DNA from: an uncultured Chloroflexia bacterium
GTDB taxonomy: Bacteria; Chloroflexota; UBA6077; JACCZL01
NCBI GenBank assembly: GCA_963765765.1
Contig: CAVXYC010000020.1
Coordinates: forward strand, 128,001 to 192,000
Length of the DNA stretch: 64,000 nucleotides
Reading direction: 5' to 3'
Below are positions 40,638 to 50,832 of the stretch, one piece after another (the stretch's first letter is position 1; each line of letters begins with the position of its first letter). A program made the position numbers and the translations under genes. A model generated the notes under the pieces. It was not told the DNA's origin. It searched no databases and worked only from the letters and a program-made list of their open reading frames with translations.

Positions 40638-42402
40638 CTAGCAGCCCGTTGGGTCGATCCAAGCCCATTTCATGGCGGCGTGATTGTGGTTTGGTTTCGT
40701 TAGCGGTGAGTTCTTTATGCGGCACTGTGTGAAGTGGTAGTAGATGCGACTCACGGTTGGGGCGTAAGGCACATCTTCGAAGAGTCGATCCTGGATCTGG
40801 TCGGTTATCACCTTACGTTTGGCCGCGTCCAGCTCACGGGACTGGGCCGCCGTCAGTCGATCGATCTCTGGGTCGCTGTACTTCATGGCATTGAGTGAAT
40901 TGCCGGTTCGTAGGAAGTCACCCACCCAGAAGTTCAGGAGAGGTTGACCGCCCAGAACTCCCCAGGCAAGGTCCTCGAAGTTACCGCCATTCAAGATCGT
41001 CGTAAAGTTCCGACCTTCCACAACCACCTTGGTGGTGATGCCGATGGCAGCAAGATGCTGCTGGGCAACCTCGGCGTCTTCCGCATATTGCGATGAGGTC
41101 TTGAGTGTGACGTTGAGACTGCCTGGAGCAATTCCCGCTTCCTGAAGGAGTGCTTTTGCCTTCTCTCGATCGGTCTTGAACTTGTCCTGAATTTTTGCCC
41201 TCGTCCCAGGCGAACTCGGGGTAGGCCACAGGCACATACCCTGCATCCACCGCTCCGCCGCGATTAGAGGCGATGAAGTCTTCTCGATCGAGCGAATAGA
41301 GTATGGCCTTCCGCACCCTGGGGTCATTCCACGGCGCTTTGTCGAGACGGAACCATACAGCAGCGTGCGTGAATTGAAGCTCGGTGGTCATCTTGAGATT
41401 TGGATTCATGGCCTTGGTTGCGTCGGCCTCGAGCTTCAGCATGCCAAACGTCCCAGTGTAGTCAATCTGACCGCCGCGAAACGCTGCCACCTCAGCGTTG
41501 TAATCCTGGAACAGCAGGCTGCGGACACCGTCAGCGTAAGGCAGCGGCTGGCCGTCTTCGCCCATCTCCCAGTAGTCCGGATTGCGGACGGTGAGGATCT
41601 CCTGGTCCGGCTTGTAGTCCTTCAGCATGAAAGCGCCCGTGCCCACGGCAACTTGCGAGAAGTCGCCGTGCTGCTCCTTCACCTCACGGGCCAACATTAC
41701 GTTCTGGTAATGGCCCAGTTTGCCCAGGAAGTCAGCGTCCGGCTGCTGAAGTTTCAGCACAACCGTCTGAGGATCGGGCTCTTCGTGCGTGACACCATCC
41801 CACAGCGATCGGGCGACGGTCCCGCTTCTGTGGTGCTCGATGCTCCAGGCAACGTCGGCAGACGTGAACGGACGGCCGTTTACCGGTGGCAGGTTGTGCC
41901 ATTTGGCGTTCGGCTGCAGCTTCAGGGTGTACGTGAGGCCGTCGGGTGAGATCTCCCAGGACTTCGCCAGGCTCGGCGCCATCACGGGATCGCCGTAGCG
42001 GCAGCCGCGAGTCTCGACGAGTGTATTGTAGACCTGAGTACCGGCATCTCCCCAACCAACAGCGCGTGTGGGGTCAATCGACTCGAGCCCGCCCGAGCGG
42101 ACAATGGTACCACCCCGCTTTGGCGGCCCTGCTGTACGCCAGAACTCTTTGCCCGGTTCGCATTGACTGGCCGGAGCGCTCGTTGCCGGCTTCGCGGCCG
42201 CTGGCGCGCTATCCTTCGCGGCCGGCGCAGCTTCCTTAGCAGCAGATGCGGCATCTTTGGCGGCCGGGGCGGTTGTTGCCACAGCGTTTGGGGCGGCATC
42301 CTTTGCCGCGGGCGCGGGCGCTTGAGGAGCACACGCGGCGAGCAGGAGACTGACTGCCCCAAGTATTGGCGTCAGTTGCGCGAAAACGTTTCGAGTCAAC
42401 AT
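40638..42402 (-). CDS. ABC transporter substrate-binding lipoprotein (SBP family 5); frameshift near 41200
   Basis: Lipobox LLAAC, PAAK(D/E)A linker repeats, PSLAKSWE.SPDG, RPFTSADV, GTGAF, DPRVRKA. Confidence 0.92.
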
Positions 42403-42429
42403 CGTCTCAAACCTCTCGTTACCGCGATC

Positions 42430-43377
42430 CTAGCGGCCGCGCAGGCGCGGGTCCATCTCATCGCGGACCGCGTCGCCAAGGAAGTTAAATGCCAGCACCG
42501 TGATGCTCAACGCCACGGCGGGCGCAATGAGCAGCCATGGCGCAGTGACCATAAATTGGCGCCCTTGAATTGTCAGCATTCCGCCCCACGTCACCCACGG
42601 TGGCGGTGCGGCGAGGCCAAGGAAGCTCAGTGTGGCCTCCGTCACGATCGCCGCACCGATGCTGGTGGAGAAAATGATCAATGTTGTCGGCACGATGTTT
42701 GGCAGAATGTGGCGAAATATGATCCGGGATTCACGCGCGCCTACCGCTTTTGCTGATTCGACGAATACTTCGCGAGTGACGCTGAACACGTTGCTGCGAA
42801 TGACGCGATTTGCACGAGGAATCTGGGTGACGCCAATGGCAATGGCCGTGACTATGAGATTCCGCCCGGACGGACCGAGCGATGCCACCAGCAAGGTCGC
42901 CAGGACCAGCGTGGGTATAGCCTGGAGCGAGTCCATTATGCGCTGGATGAACATGTCAACTCGTCCACCCCGATAGCCGCTAATCAAACCGATTAATAGG
43001 CCACCAATAGTGCCGATCATGACGGACGCAGCGCCTACGGACAGCGAAATTCGGGCCCCGTGGACGATACGACTGAACACATCTCGCCCGAGACTGTCGG
43101 TGCCCAGAATGTACATGTCACCGGCACGATCCAACGTGCCCGGGGGCTTCAGCGAGTCTCGCAGAAGCTGTGTGGCTGGCTCTCGCGGTGATACGCTTTC
43201 GGCGAACACGCCAGCGAGGATGATCGTCAGTAGCACCACTGCACTCAGCAAACCGACTGGTTGCCGTGTCACCATGGCCCGTATGCGCGAGTGTTTGGCC
43301 CGAGCCGCTCGCTTCGCGATGACATCCGGTCCTCCGGTGAGTGGACGTCCCAGCGTTTGGCCCTGAGCTACCGCCAT
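42430..43377 (-). CDS. ABC transporter permease (DppC/OppC-like)
   Basis: LGTDSLGRDVFSRI..GARISL, EAA loop FVESAKAVGA, RHILPN, NFLGDAVRDEMDPR. Confidence 0.93.
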   Translation of the reverse strand: MAVAQGQTLGRPLTGGPDVIAKRAARAKHSRIRAMVTRQPVGLLSAVVLLTIILAGVFAESVSPREPATQLLRDSLKPPGTLDRAGDMYILGTDSLGRDVFSRIVHGARISLSVGAASVMIGTIGGLLIGLISGYRGGRVDMFIQRIMDSLQAIPTLVLATLLVASLGPSGRNLIVTAIAIGVTQIPRANRVIRSNVFSVTREVFVESAKAVGARESRIIFRHILPNIVPTTLIIFSTSIGAAIVTEATLSFLGLAAPPPWVTWGGMLTIQGRQFMVTAPWLLIAPAVALSITVLAFNFLGDAVRDEMDPRLRGR

Positions 43378-43397
43378 GGCAACAACTCTTCCCTCAA

Positions 43398-44354
43398 CTA
43401 GCTGTAATGGATGCGCGGATCCAGCCAGGCGTAGCTGAGATCCACCAGTAGATTGACAATCGTGTAGATCAGAAAGAGATAAAGAATATTCGCTTGAAGC
43501 TGAGCAAAATCGCCCTTATCGATGGCAATAAGGGTGAGGCGCCCCAGACCGGGTAACGAGAAGATGTTCTCCAACACCACGCTGCCGCCAAGCGTGAAGG
43601 CGACCTGTGTGCCCATGATCGTAACGACTGGTATCAACGCGTTCTTCAAGCCATGCCCCGCGACAACCATGCGCTCAGTCAAACCCTTCGCTCGGCCGGT
43701 GCGGATGAAATCGTTTCGCAGTACTTCGAGCAGCGTAGAGCGCAGCATGCGCACATTGACCGCCGCAACCCCGAACGCCAGCGCTGCCAGGGGTAGCGCC
43801 ATCTGGACCATGTGAGTGGACATGTCCTCCCAGGGCGCCTTGTAGCCAACGGGAGGAGTCCATCCCCACCAGATGGAGGGCGCCACCAGCAGGACAGTGG
43901 CAACCACGAAACTTGGAATGGACAACCCAACCACGGCAATAAAGCGGACCAGATAGTCGATCCAGGAATTGAGGCGGACTGCTGACAGGATGCCGAAAGG
44001 GATGCCAATGACGATAGCGAACACAATGGAGAGCAGCGTGATCTCCAGGCTCACTGGCAGCGACTGAAAGATACGATCCGCGACAGGTTGGCCGGTCGCC
44101 CAGGATAGGCCGAAGTCACCGCGAACGGCGCCCCACAACCACAGAACGTATTGCACGAGCATCGGCTTATCAAGCCCATACTCGCGACGAAGCTGATCTC
44201 GCAGCACCTCGTCGTTGGCGCCAACACCCTGGGACAAACTGTCTTCGATGATGTCGACGGGAGTGAAGATACGTAGCGAGAAAAAGATGATCGCCGAGCC
44301 GCCCAGCAGCACGGGGAATATTCCAATGATGCGACGGAGAATGTATTCGGTCAC
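43398..44354 (-). CDS. ABC transporter permease (DppB/OppB-like)
   Basis: YILRRI, GLDKP..VQY, DFIRTGRAKGL, HGLKNALIP, VDLSYAWLDPRI. Confidence 0.93.
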   Translation of the reverse strand: MTEYILRRIIGIFPVLLGGSAIIFFSLRIFTPVDIIEDSLSQGVGANDEVLRDQLRREYGLDKPMLVQYVLWLWGAVRGDFGLSWATGQPVADRIFQSLPVSLEITLLSIVFAIVIGIPFGILSAVRLNSWIDYLVRFIAVVGLSIPSFVVATVLLVAPSIWWGWTPPVGYKAPWEDMSTHMVQMALPLAALAFGVAAVNVRMLRSTLLEVLRNDFIRTGRAKGLTERMVVAGHGLKNALIPVVTIMGTQVAFTLGGSVVLENIFSLPGLGRLTLIAIDKGDFAQLQANILYLFLIYTIVNLLVDLSYAWLDPRIHYS

Positions 44355-44505
44355 AGATTCGGACCCCATGCGCCGGGATGCCGAGTGACGTCCTGAGCGC
44401 ACGTCAAGAGTTGCTGTAACATCGCAGGCTTACCGTTCCCTTCGCAAGGAATGTCGGGATAGGGCCCATGCGTGATGAGTTCGCGGCAAGTCCCTACGCA
44501 CCTGG

Positions 44506-45918
44506 TTAAGCGGGAATCACCTGCCGGATGGCACTTTCCGTGGCTTCCATCCAGTTCGCACCAGTGTCAAGTGTGAGCTGGACACCGCGGCGGCGATAGA
44601 TCTCCGGAGCATCCACGCCAGGAGGCGTCTCGCCGGTTTCACTCAGCGCTTTCGCTGCGTTGAGCAGCCGTCTGCGCGTCCGGATGATCATGCCATCGGC
44701 AGTGCCCAGGTGCTCTTTGGTCCGATCAAAGACCTCACCCATCGATTCCTGGACCGCTCCGTCCTGAAGCGGATTGGACTCATCCAGCCCCGTGTAATTC
44801 TCAGTTTTCTGGATCTGGCGGTCGATTAAGTAATCATTGTCCCGATTCGCGGCAAAGACCCATTGCTCCAGCGGTCGGGACGTATTGGGGAGATAACCGA
44901 CTTTTGGTACTCGCCCGGTGTGTCCGCTGCGCTCCGTGGGACTTAACTCACGACCCACAGTGCTCCAGCTTGGCTCCCAGATCATGACGTGCGCATCGTC
45001 CAGGGGGACCCAGATCTTGGCACTGCCCGTCTCGGCATTCCCCGGGATGCTGGTGTAGAACGGCATCAGGAACTGGGTGATGCGCCAGAAGTCCTGCCCT
45101 TCACCGGCCGGCCGGCGTGCTCCGTAAGTGACACCAACATCCGTATCCAACACGTGAAGGGTGGGCGCTCCGTGACTACGGAAGTAATTGCGGTGCTCGA
45201 TGTCGCGCTCGTTCCGTGCCGCGTAGAGGCCGGCGCTCATCGCCAGGCTCTCTTCTAGCTTGAGACGACTGTGCAGATAGTTGATGTGCGAAGAGTCAAT
45301 ATCGCCCTCGAGCGCTTGAAGCCAGTTACAGGCTCGCATGTAGCGGAGCGATTGCCGTTGACTCGCGGGCACGAGTGCCCAGCCGATCTGCGGTAGCGGC
45401 GGAGGCATCTTCCGCGGCCCCATGTACGTCCAGATGATGCCGTTCAGCTCTACACAGGGGTATGAGCCAACCTTGACCTTCTGCTTAAAATTGCTCTCTG
45501 GCGGTTCATTGGGCATGTCCACGCAGGCGCCGGAGGTGTCGAACTTCCAGCCATGATAGACGCAACGGAGGCCGGCTTCTTCATTGCGTCCAAAGAACAG
45601 CGATGCCCCGCGATGGGGACAGTTTTCGGCTACGAGGCCGACTTTACCGTCGGAATCGCGGAATGCGACAAGGTCTTCACAAAGAAGGCGGACCCTCTTC
45701 GGCTCACTATCTGGGCCATCGAGGTCCTCGGTTTGAAGTGCAGGAATCCAGTACTCACGCATGAGTCGTCCCATCGGAGTGCCGGGGCCAACACGAGTAA
45801 TTAACTCATTGTCTTCTTTGCTGAGCATGCCAGTCTCCGTTGACAGAAGCTGAGCGGGAGCATATGGAACCGGGCCGCCAGCGTCAAGCTGAGCTTGACT
45901 GTTGGGCATCTCGCTCAC
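44506..45918 (-). CDS. Rieske oxygenase alpha subunit (phthalate 4,5-dioxygenase-like); start may be 45828
   Basis: RVGPGTPMG..MREYW, CPHRGASLFFGRNEE.GLRCVYHGW, EGDIDSSHINYLH, QD. Confidence 0.94.
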   Translation of the reverse strand: MSEMPNSQAQLDAGGPVPYAPAQLLSTETGMLSKEDNELITRVGPGTPMGRLMREYWIPALQTEDLDGPDSEPKRVRLLCEDLVAFRDSDGKVGLVAENCPHRGASLFFGRNEEAGLRCVYHGWKFDTSGACVDMPNEPPESNFKQKVKVGSYPCVELNGIIWTYMGPRKMPPPLPQIGWALVPASQRQSLRYMRACNWLQALEGDIDSSHINYLHSRLKLEESLAMSAGLYAARNERDIEHRNYFRSHGAPTLHVLDTDVGVTYGARRPAGEGQDFWRITQFLMPFYTSIPGNAETGSAKIWVPLDDAHVMIWEPSWSTVGRELSPTERSGHTGRVPKVGYLPNTSRPLEQWVFAANRDNDYLIDRQIQKTENYTGLDESNPLQDGAVQESMGEVFDRTKEHLGTADGMIIRTRRRLLNAAKALSETGETPPGVDAPEIYRRRGVQLTLDTGANWMEATESAIRQVIPA

Positions 45919-45984
45919 TGAACGAGGGAGCGCATCCAGTATCGTTTGAATATCAATAACACTAGATATGAATCGAGGCTGTCA

Positions 45985-46953
45985 ATGACGATTACCTTGT
46001 CGGACCTGAGGGTCATGATCGAGCCGCAGGAAGGCGGCGCCTATGCAGAAATGCTCGGCCTTGCGCAGAGAGCCGAGGCGATCGGGTTTGGTGGGTTTTT
46101 TCGGTCAGATCACTACCTTCCAATGAATGTGCCGCCCGAATCGGAAGCGACGGACGCCTGGGCCACGCTCGCGGGATTTGCGCGTGAAACGACCACCATT
46201 CGCCTCGGCGTCCTTGTAAGCCCCATGACATTTCGCCACCCTAGCGAGTTTGCGAAGGTGGTCGCCACGGTTGATCAGATGAGCGGCGGCCGACTTGATG
46301 TAGGCATGGGCGCAGGGTGGTTCGAGAAGGAGCACGTAGCTTACGGCCTACCCTTTCCTCCGCCTGCGGAGCGGATGGACAGGTTGGAGGATTCGCTCGA
46401 GATTTGCACCCGCCTGTGGGCGGATGGACCCGCGACTTATGAGGGCAAGCAGTTCAGTCTGAAGAATGCCCCGGGCTACCCCAAGCCGACGCAGCGACCG
46501 CACCCACCCATCATCATCGGCGGGGGAGGTCCCAAACGGACACCCCGTCTCGCGGCTCAATTTGGCAATGAATACAACTCGTTCGGCGCAAAGACGGATG
46601 TCTTCGCGGAGCGTAAACAGCGTGTCATGGATGCGTGCGCTAGTCAAAATCGGGATCCCAGCTCGCTGATCTACTCGGTGATGTGCCCGACAATCGTTGG
46701 CAAGGACGATGCGGACCTGCGTCGCCGAAGTCAACAACGCCTGGACTTCAACCGCCAGAATGACGACGTTGATGCGTGGATAGCCAATATGCAGAACGGC
46801 GGGTCGCTCGTTGGCACAGTACAGGACGTAGCCACGCGTATGAAGGCTGTGGCAGAGCTTGGTTGCCAGCGCTTCTATCTGCAGATCGTTCCGGTGGGCG
46901 ACGAGGGCATGCTGGAGCTGATTGCCGAGGAGTTGGTGCCGCTGCTGAGATGA
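45985..46953 (+). CDS. LLM class F420-dependent oxidoreductase
   Basis: EPQEG, FFRSDHY, DAWATLAG.ARET..IRLG.LV, DQMSGGR, GMGAGW..EH.AYG, IIGGGG.KRT. Confidence 0.92.
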   Translation: MTITLSDLRVMIEPQEGGAYAEMLGLAQRAEAIGFGGFFRSDHYLPMNVPPESEATDAWATLAGFARETTTIRLGVLVSPMTFRHPSEFAKVVATVDQMSGGRLDVGMGAGWFEKEHVAYGLPFPPPAERMDRLEDSLEICTRLWADGPATYEGKQFSLKNAPGYPKPTQRPHPPIIIGGGGPKRTPRLAAQFGNEYNSFGAKTDVFAERKQRVMDACASQNRDPSSLIYSVMCPTIVGKDDADLRRRSQQRLDFNRQNDDVDAWIANMQNGGSLVGTVQDVATRMKAVAELGCQRFYLQIVPVGDEGMLELIAEELVPLLR

Positions 46954-46994
46954 GCGCTCCGAACAGCGGTCGGGATCCGTCGCCCAGTGAGCCT

Positions 46995-47072
46995 GTAGAG
47001 CGGAGCTCCGTGCCCGCGAGTCACCGTCTTCCGCTGCGATCTGAGGAACTCCGGGAACGGAGCCCGCTCTAC
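46995..47072. repeat. GTAG-type REPIN-like inverted repeat
   Basis: GTAGAGCGGAGCTCCGTGCCCG / CGGGAACGGAGCCCGCTCTAC. Confidence 0.75.
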
Positions 47073-47122
47073 GAAATGGACGGGTTAGGTAAACTCAACT
47101 TCGAAACGAAACGGAGCCGCCA

Positions 47123-48391
47123 ATGCTGTCGCATGCTGACAACGACGTGATGTGTCGAGTGACTCCCGCCACACCGATGGGCAAGCTACTTCGCACGTTC
47201 TGGATGCCGGCTCTGCTCTCGAGGGAGCTTCCGGAGCCCGATGGCGCTCCTGTGCGGGTCCGCCTTCTCGGCGAAGACCTGGTGGCGTACCGCGACTCCA
47301 GCGGGTCAGTGGGACTCGTGGCCGAGAATTGCCCCCATCGCGGCGCCTCACTCTTCTTCGGACGTAACGAGGAGGACGGACTCCGTTGTGTCTATCACGG
47401 CTGGAAGTTCGACACCTCAGGCGCATGCGTGGACATGCCTAACGAGCCACCCGAATCAAACTTCAAGCACAAGGTCAAGGTCACGGCGTATCCATGCCAA
47501 GAGCGCGGCGGTATTGTGTGGGCCTACATGGGCCCAAATGACATCGACGCACAGTTGCCCGACCTTGAATGGGCTCGGGTGCCTGATTCCCACATCTACC
47601 TCTCCAAGTGCCTGCAGGAATGCAACTGGGTGCAGGCATTGGAAGGCGGACTTGATTCGAGTCACATCTCCTTCCTACACAGCAGGCTGGACCGCTCGAC
47701 GATCGCTGCGCCCCGCGGGTCCGTTCTGGCAGAGCAGTTCGGTGGAGCCGACCAGCATCCACGATTTGCCGTGCGTGAAACGGATTACGGATTTGTCTAC
47801 GGCGCCCGAAGAAACGCCACAAATAACCAGTACTACTGGCGCATCACCCAGTGGCTCTTGCCCTTCTATCACATCATTCCGGCAGAAGACGGCGCGGTGG
47901 TAACGGGCAACGCGTGGGTTCCGATTGATGATGAGCACTGCTGGGTCTACCGCGCGTCGTGGCATCCAGATCGGCCGCTCACCGAAACCGAGGTCTACGA
48001 CTACCGCTACGGGGGAGTCATGCACGAGGAGGTCGATCCAGCAACGTTTCGTCCACGAGCGAACAAGCGGAATGATTACCTCGTCGATCGGGATGTGCAG
48101 CGTACCGAGTCCTTTTCGGGCATCAAGGGCATCCAGGCGCAGGACATGGCCATGATCGAGACGATGGGTCCGATCTGCAACCGAACTCGGGAGCACCTTG
48201 GCACAAGTGACACTGCCATCATCTCGATGCGTCGTCGGCTGCTGCGCCTCGCGCGTGAGCTGGAGGATGGTGACGTCCCGCACGCGGCGATCCACGGAGA
48301 GTCGTATCGAGTCCGCTCGGCGGCGCTGCTCCTCGATCGAGGCGTCCCTTTCGATGAGGGCGCTCGAGAAAAGTTGATCTCACCGGCCTGA
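47123..48391 (+). CDS. Rieske oxygenase alpha subunit (phthalate 4,5-dioxygenase-like)
   Basis: CPHRGASLFFGRNEEDGLRCVYHGW, EGGLDSSHISFLH, QAQD, EHLGTSD. Confidence 0.94.
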   Translation: MLSHADNDVMCRVTPATPMGKLLRTFWMPALLSRELPEPDGAPVRVRLLGEDLVAYRDSSGSVGLVAENCPHRGASLFFGRNEEDGLRCVYHGWKFDTSGACVDMPNEPPESNFKHKVKVTAYPCQERGGIVWAYMGPNDIDAQLPDLEWARVPDSHIYLSKCLQECNWVQALEGGLDSSHISFLHSRLDRSTIAAPRGSVLAEQFGGADQHPRFAVRETDYGFVYGARRNATNNQYYWRITQWLLPFYHIIPAEDGAVVTGNAWVPIDDEHCWVYRASWHPDRPLTETEVYDYRYGGVMHEEVDPATFRPRANKRNDYLVDRDVQRTESFSGIKGIQAQDMAMIETMGPICNRTREHLGTSDTAIISMRRRLLRLARELEDGDVPHAAIHGESYRVRSAALLLDRGVPFDEGAREKLISPA

Positions 48392-48702
48392 ACGTGCGAA
48401 GCACTCTGAGGTGCGTGTGCACCGCTTTCAGGTCTCCCGCTCTCAATGTGAGACTCGGAGAAAGCGCGCCGCTCTGCTTATACTTCGCGCCTGAATGGAA
48501 GTGACGCATCTGGGATGGCGACGCTTTAACGGCGAGAAGGCCGAATGCTACACTACGTTAGTTCGGCCGCCAGTGATCAGGTGTGGTGTGCACGCGACGC
48601 TGACACACAATCGATTTCCTTGACCCGTAACGCACACATCTTTTCATCACCCGCTTATCCAACGCGGTCACATGCGGGCCTGCTTCGCGGTCGAACGACC
48701 GT

Positions 48703-49956
48703 ATGAACGCACCCTCTCAAGCCGTCGCCAGGCCAGGCGAGACTCTCTCGCATACCAGCTCAGAGCTCAGTGCGCGGGCTGCACAGCGCCGTGCCTGGTT
48801 CTGGCTCCTCGCGGCATTCACCGCTTTTTGTTGTCTGAGCATCGCCAGCGGGACCGCGGTACTCAACTATCGTCGTTCAGCCACGGACTCACCCGGTGCT
48901 GCGCTCCGCATTGATCGTGGCATCGTCCTTTACCAGGACAGTCCGGATGCAGCTCAGCTCCGCGGTCGAACAGGCATGGACGTTTATGAGGGAGGTTCCA
49001 TCGAAGCCAGCGAGGGCACATCGGCCGTGGTAGGTTTCTTCGATGGGACGGAGGCTCGGCTTTTCCCTGGGGCAAGCGTCCGTCTTTCCGGGATTCGAAC
49101 TGGAGTCTTCAATCAAGAACTGACGCGGATCTCGCTGAACCAGGTCAACGGCGCTGTCAACTACGCCGTCACCGGCCAGCTTCCCTTTGGCCGGGACGTA
49201 ACGGTGACCACTCCGCACGGTACGGTCAGTTTGACCCGTGGAGACGTGACTGTTTGGATCGAAGACAATACGACTCGCGTTCTCTCCTACGACGGTCGCG
49301 GAAAAGTGGAGTCGGACGGCCGTCAAGTCAGGTTCAGAGAAGGTCAGCGTGTCGTAGCAAGCGAGGCGCTCCTGCCACGGGAGCCGCTTTCTATTGCTGA
49401 GAACCTGGTCAAGAATGGCGAGCTCACGCAGGGCATGGAATCGTGGACGCCGATAGACATCCGCGAGCGTGGCAGGACCGACGTGCTGGGCGAGCGAACC
49501 ATTGACACAGAGCTCATCGCCGGTCTTCGCTCATCGGCGCTCCACTTTTTCCGTGACTCTCAGAAGGACAGCCACAATGAGACAGGGGTTAGTCAGGAGA
49601 TCAATCGAGACGTAACCCCGTACCGAGTCATCAATCTCTCAGGCTGGGTCAAGGTCAATTTCGCAAGCCTGTCCGGCGGCGGCTATCTGGGCTCAGAGTA
49701 TCCCATGATGGTGCGCGTCAATTTCACGGATGACAAGGGAAGCCGACAGGTCTGGTCCAAGGGGTTTTTCTATGCCAATCCGGAGAATCGACCAACCGAC
49801 ATTGGTGAGCAGGTTCCTCGCGGTGAGTGGTATCCGTTTCTGATTCGCTTGCACCAGCTTCCAGATAGGCCAACGTTTATCAAGTCGGTCGAAGTACTGT
49901 CCTCGGGTCACGACTTCGATGCTCTGGCCAGCTACATTCAGATCGTGACCGAGTAG
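48703..49956 (+). CDS. Membrane-anchored FecR-like domain protein with C-terminal beta-sandwich (CBM-like) domain
   Basis: N-terminal TM; FecR-like FFDGT..RL, VTTPHG; NLVKNGELTQGMESW typical of carbohydrate-binding-like folds. Confidence 0.6.
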   Translation: MNAPSQAVARPGETLSHTSSELSARAAQRRAWFWLLAAFTAFCCLSIASGTAVLNYRRSATDSPGAALRIDRGIVLYQDSPDAAQLRGRTGMDVYEGGSIEASEGTSAVVGFFDGTEARLFPGASVRLSGIRTGVFNQELTRISLNQVNGAVNYAVTGQLPFGRDVTVTTPHGTVSLTRGDVTVWIEDNTTRVLSYDGRGKVESDGRQVRFREGQRVVASEALLPREPLSIAENLVKNGELTQGMESWTPIDIRERGRTDVLGERTIDTELIAGLRSSALHFFRDSQKDSHNETGVSQEINRDVTPYRVINLSGWVKVNFASLSGGGYLGSEYPMMVRVNFTDDKGSRQVWSKGFFYANPENRPTDIGEQVPRGEWYPFLIRLHQLPDRPTFIKSVEVLSSGHDFDALASYIQIVTE

Positions 49957-50044
49957 CGTCCTCGGACGTATTGGTGTCCTCGATTGGGTTCCACCTAGTT
50001 GCTCCGGACCTCCATACGCGGCCTTTGAGGCCGAGCTCGCCGCC

Positions 50045-50147
50045 CGTTGCGCGGCGGTCTTGCACCCCGCGGCCGCGAAATCCTGCTCAACGAATTGCGT
50101 TCTAGTCAGGGGTGTTCGGCGGCGGAGCACAAGACCGCCGCGCGACG
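50045..50147. repeat. REPIN-like inverted repeat
   Basis: CGTTGCGCGGCGGTCTTGCACCCCGC / GCGGAGCACAAGACCGCCGCGCGACG. Confidence 0.7.
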
Positions 50148-50203
50148 AGCGACATGTAGAAGCCCGCAACCTAGTGGCGGCGCCACGAGCTCAGACCTGG
50201 TGA

Positions 50204-50740
50204 TCAGTCGTACCACTGCCCAACGACGGTTCGTTTCTCGGCGTAGGCCGGATCATCGATTGTCGTCCTGAAGGGTGGGAATAGCACGTCAATGGCGACC
50301 CGAAGTCCGGGTTGCGGCTTGGTGAGATCGCGAAGCCGGTCGGAGATATCGATCTCGCGCTGTAGGATGGTCTCCAGGAGCTCTCGCAGGTCTGGATCAC
50401 GATCGCCTACCCGACTCAGCGCGCCTCGGACCTTCTCATCGAGCTCGGCCAGGGGCGGGGTCATTACCTGCCCACCGTGGGCCACACCTGGCGGATTCCA
50501 TTTGACGATGGGCCGAGTCTCACCCAGGTAGCTGATGTTCAGCTCGCCTGTCTCGTGGGTATGGCGAACGCTTCGCTCACCCGGCAAAACGACCAGCGCC
50601 GTGACCAGGACGAACTCGTTGTCCAGCACGGTGTACCACTTGCGCTTTCGGTTGCCCTCAACTCCCAATCCGCGCCACCCGTGTTCGGGAGCTTCAAACG
50701 CGTTAAGGACGATCTCTTGCGATGCGTCTTGGTTCGCCAT
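50204..50740 (-). CDS. Hypothetical cupin-like protein
   Basis: PGERSVRHTHETGE and PPGVAHG resemble cupin motifs 1 and 2; helical insert before the last strand. Confidence 0.55.
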   Translation of the reverse strand: MANQDASQEIVLNAFEAPEHGWRGLGVEGNRKRKWYTVLDNEFVLVTALVVLPGERSVRHTHETGELNISYLGETRPIVKWNPPGVAHGGQVMTPPLAELDEKVRGALSRVGDRDPDLRELLETILQREIDISDRLRDLTKPQPGLRVAIDVLFPPFRTTIDDPAYAEKRTVVGQWYD

Positions 50741-50832
50741 GGTGTCTTGGCCAATCAATCTTCACGCTGCATCATAGGCGGGAAACGCTTGAGCGTACGC
50801 GGTAGGACAGGCGACTCTGTCCCACTGAAGCG

